A stretch of 64,000 bases of DNA from Penicillus capitatus (lineage: Eukaryota > Plantae > Chlorophyta): NCBI GenBank assembly GCA_965649825.1, contig OZ287700.1, positions 806,001 to 870,000 on the forward strand, written 5' to 3'. The notes under the pieces were generated by a model. The model was not told where the DNA came from. It searched no databases and saw nothing but the letters and a program-made list of their open reading frames with translations. Within the stretch, counting starts at the first letter, position 1. Every line of letters begins with the position of its first letter. Shown here one piece after another: positions 61,300 to 64,000 of the stretch. A program made the translations under genes and the position numbers.

Positions 61300-64000
61300 A
61301 GTAGGACATGTCAACGACAGCAATGTATGCAGCAGGTGGCGCACGTGTCATCGCAGAGGTTGGCAGCTGCGCTGTCCAAGCTGAGGGAAGTGAGATCCTT
61401 GGAAGGTTTATCAGTTTGAGGCAGATTTCGGTAGATCTGACGTGCTTGTGTGTTCTAGGAACTGCAGGCGTATCCATAGGTGATCCAGAGCAAGCCTTTC
61501 AAGCGTTTTTCGCGGAAAATGTCCATGGTGCGTAATGGAAAATGTGTGATACGTGAATGCGAGCGATCGTTAGTTGACACAGAGTAATGTCCGAATGGCC
61601 TGAGTCTCGGGTCGATAGGCTGGTGATGCATCCACGACGAAGACTCGGTAGCATTCAGCGATAGCGGCAAACGGACGTACTACCTTCGAGCATCGTTTCA
61701 TCCGAGATCTAATGTCCTAGACAGGTCTCGGGATGCAGTCGAGCACTTCGATAAAAAAGAGTCTTAGTGATGATGGCATCGCCGAATCGAATCGTTGCCG
61801 CCGATAGCTGGAACGACCTCAACATTTGTCGCTGCGAAGAAGAGGACAGGAAAAGAGAGTGTATGCACTAGATCTTTGAAGACATTGATGTTCAATTGTG
61901 TTACAAGTGTGATGTTCCAGACTGCATGCTTGTCTAGAAGGTGGCTTTATACTGGCGCAATTTCCTCACAGGAAAAGATAAGAGCTCCTCACACATTGAT
62001 CGGTGATGCACACACGCAGGGTAATCGTGTCGGGATGTCAGACCAGAAACTGAGACGCCAATGCATCGTATCTGACATTTCTATACTGGACTGCAGCTGG
62101 AAACTCAGATTCATCTGACTGCGTTGCTGTTCTATGTCGAAGGCGACTGCCCTGAAAGAATCGTTATGTTGCCCTGCTGGATCTGGATCGTCCATTCAGC
62201 TGTCGGATTTTTCAAAGGAAGAGGGTGTCGCCATCCATAAGAAGGCATGCCAAGTTGGATGTTGCATGCAGCACATGCGTTCCGAATCCTCTGCGGCCAA
62301 AGAACGGCGAGCAGGTGTAAGAGTTTGTTGAAGAGAGTCCATGCGAGGAGACCAAGAAACGGATAACGGAATGCCGCGCTCGCTGCCTCTAAAACAGTAA
62401 GCGTAATCTGCTATACTGAGCTGGAGTGGGTCAGTCGTCGCCGCAGAAGAGGTCGTTCAAGGCGAAGCGTGTAAATTCGGTATACGGAACCGTGGATTCC
62501 ATAGACCGTTGATGATTTTGCCCGTCTCTCCCGTACGACAAGGGCCAAGATGAACATAGGTTACACTCGAAGGCTGCATCGCGACGGTCGATTCGTTGTT
62601 CAAGGAGACATCGGACGTTTCCGCGCTCGTGACTACGCTTTTAAGGAGCAGCGGAGTGTGTTTACCCCACACAGAAGCCGAGCAGAAGGCACTCGTTGTC
62701 TCGTCGTTCGGCTGACCCAAAACTGGACTGGAACCGTTTTGGAAACTTACTTGTGTCCAAATCCTCTTGATTTATGATGCTTCGACTACATGCTTGTCTT
62801 GTCGATGAGCAGAGCATTCGGATCTACAAACAGGTTTGAGCTTGATGCAGCGAAGTCAGTGATCTTTCCCTCCACGATCCCTGCCTTCTTCATGACTGAT
62901 CTGACACTGGAGATAAAAGTGTGAGACACCATGAGTGATCAGATGCTAAAATGACCAACAGGCTGTAAGGATACTTTTTCTGTGCAGTAGACGAGCAGAG
63001 CTGGTGGTAGATGGGTGAGACGAAGAGGACGATCGAGTCATTCATCTGTCTAGTGGATACTTCTCCCGATGCGTGGTATCGAGTGACAGTTCATGTGACT
63101 GTTCACCTTCGTGCAACCCTTTTCGATATTCCGAAACGTATTAGAACTTCACAAACTGTTTCGCTTTACATTTGTATTACAAACAGTGACTGTTACAGCT
63201 TTAATTTGATCTTGCTGCTTGGAAGCCGGTGTAAAATCATTCCTTCCTGTGTCGAGGTCAATCCAAGTGTAAAACTATGTGCGCCTTGGTCGGTGGTCTT
63301 TCTGGAGCTCTTAGACATCCTCTCATACGTTTTCGAGAGACAAAGTTCTGCCAACCGAGGTTCAACGGTTGGTCATCATCCCGACGTGTTGCCAGACAGT
63401 CACAAAGTCTTCATGCGGTTCGATCCTTCTTCCTTGAGATTCGATCTCTTCTTCCCTGACCCGTTTTTACCATACTATGGTTTTCGTCCTCGTTGACGGT
63501 TTCTCTCCTCGGAGTCGGTGAACGGAGACGACCATCTTGGCAGATATGGCATCTGTATGTTCTCTTGTCTCGGACCTCCTTAGTCTGTCAGTCTGGATAT
63601 CAGGATGCTGGCTTGTATTGCGGTGAAAACGCAACGCTTTCGCAGTTGCATCGCAGAAAGACGACATTGGCTCGCTGAGGAAGGCGGAACGGATGGGCAC
63701 AGCTCGACACAATCCGGTAAGCGAAGCTTCGTTAGTAGGATTACGCCACGCCCCTAAAGCGTAGTACCGAGATCTGTTTCAATGACGATCTGCGACGATT
63801 TTAGGTCCAGCTCTATGAGTGTGTCGCAGAAGAAAACGGAAGTGACGACCTTCTCGCCGTATGGGCTACGATGGGGATGCCCAGATCCGACTGGCCAATC
63901 GCCGACATCAGTTTCGCTGTAGATCACTGCGCGGGAGAATGACTGCATCTCTCGAAAGCAGAAAGCAAGCTCGTTCTTAGTGGAAGCAAACAAAGAATCT
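61300..64000 (-). pseudogene. Decayed Ty3/gypsy pol (RNase H, integrase) plus downstream region
   Basis: IVIETD..YALGA (RNase H-like), VCEVLIRFGI and TRYHASGEVSTRQMNDSI (integrase T.YHP..G..ER.N-like). Confidence 0.7.

Larger units (their letters stand above)
54200..64000 (-). mobile_element. Composite repeat unit, copy 4 (continues past the right edge)
   Basis: Module A 54200-56000, LINE 56000-58600, 28-bp array, gene C, gypsy remnant. Confidence 0.8.

Noticed and set aside
63011-63496. Plus-strand ORFs over the retroelement remnants (also 35195-35515, 12185-12619, 56342-56740)
   Set aside because: Antisense shadows of decayed minus-strand pol/ORF2
1-64000. Alternative genetic code (TAA/TAG read as Gln)
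   Set aside because: MOCS2A ends with TAG right after the obligatory Gly-Gly, and host exons have no internal TAA/TAG

Overview
Eukaryotic genomic DNA: compact genes with about 40-60 nt GT-AG introns and the standard code. The gene set (UBP12-like, SnRK2-like, U-box) suggests a green alga (inference). Host-type genes: a probably catalytically dead UBP12/USP7-like DUB, MOCS2A, a JMJD7-like gene, a KMO-like FAD monooxygenase, a secreted protein with a Cys-rich tail, ankyrin genes, a coiled-coil gene, and a likely spliced fusion of an MLKL-like N-terminal helical bundle, a U-box and a SnRK2-like pseudokinase. About 60% of the window is four same-orientation, mosaic copies of a roughly 6-13 kb composite unit. 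On the minus strand the unit reads: decayed Ty3/gypsy pol, an intact 4-exon orphan gene ('gene C'), a minisatellite, a decayed LINE APE-RT, and a spliced-looking, hairpin-rich tail ('module A') with a near-invariant 96-nt core. All alignments and gene models were made by eye, so boundaries of degenerate elements are approximate. No rRNA, tRNA or CRISPR was recognised.
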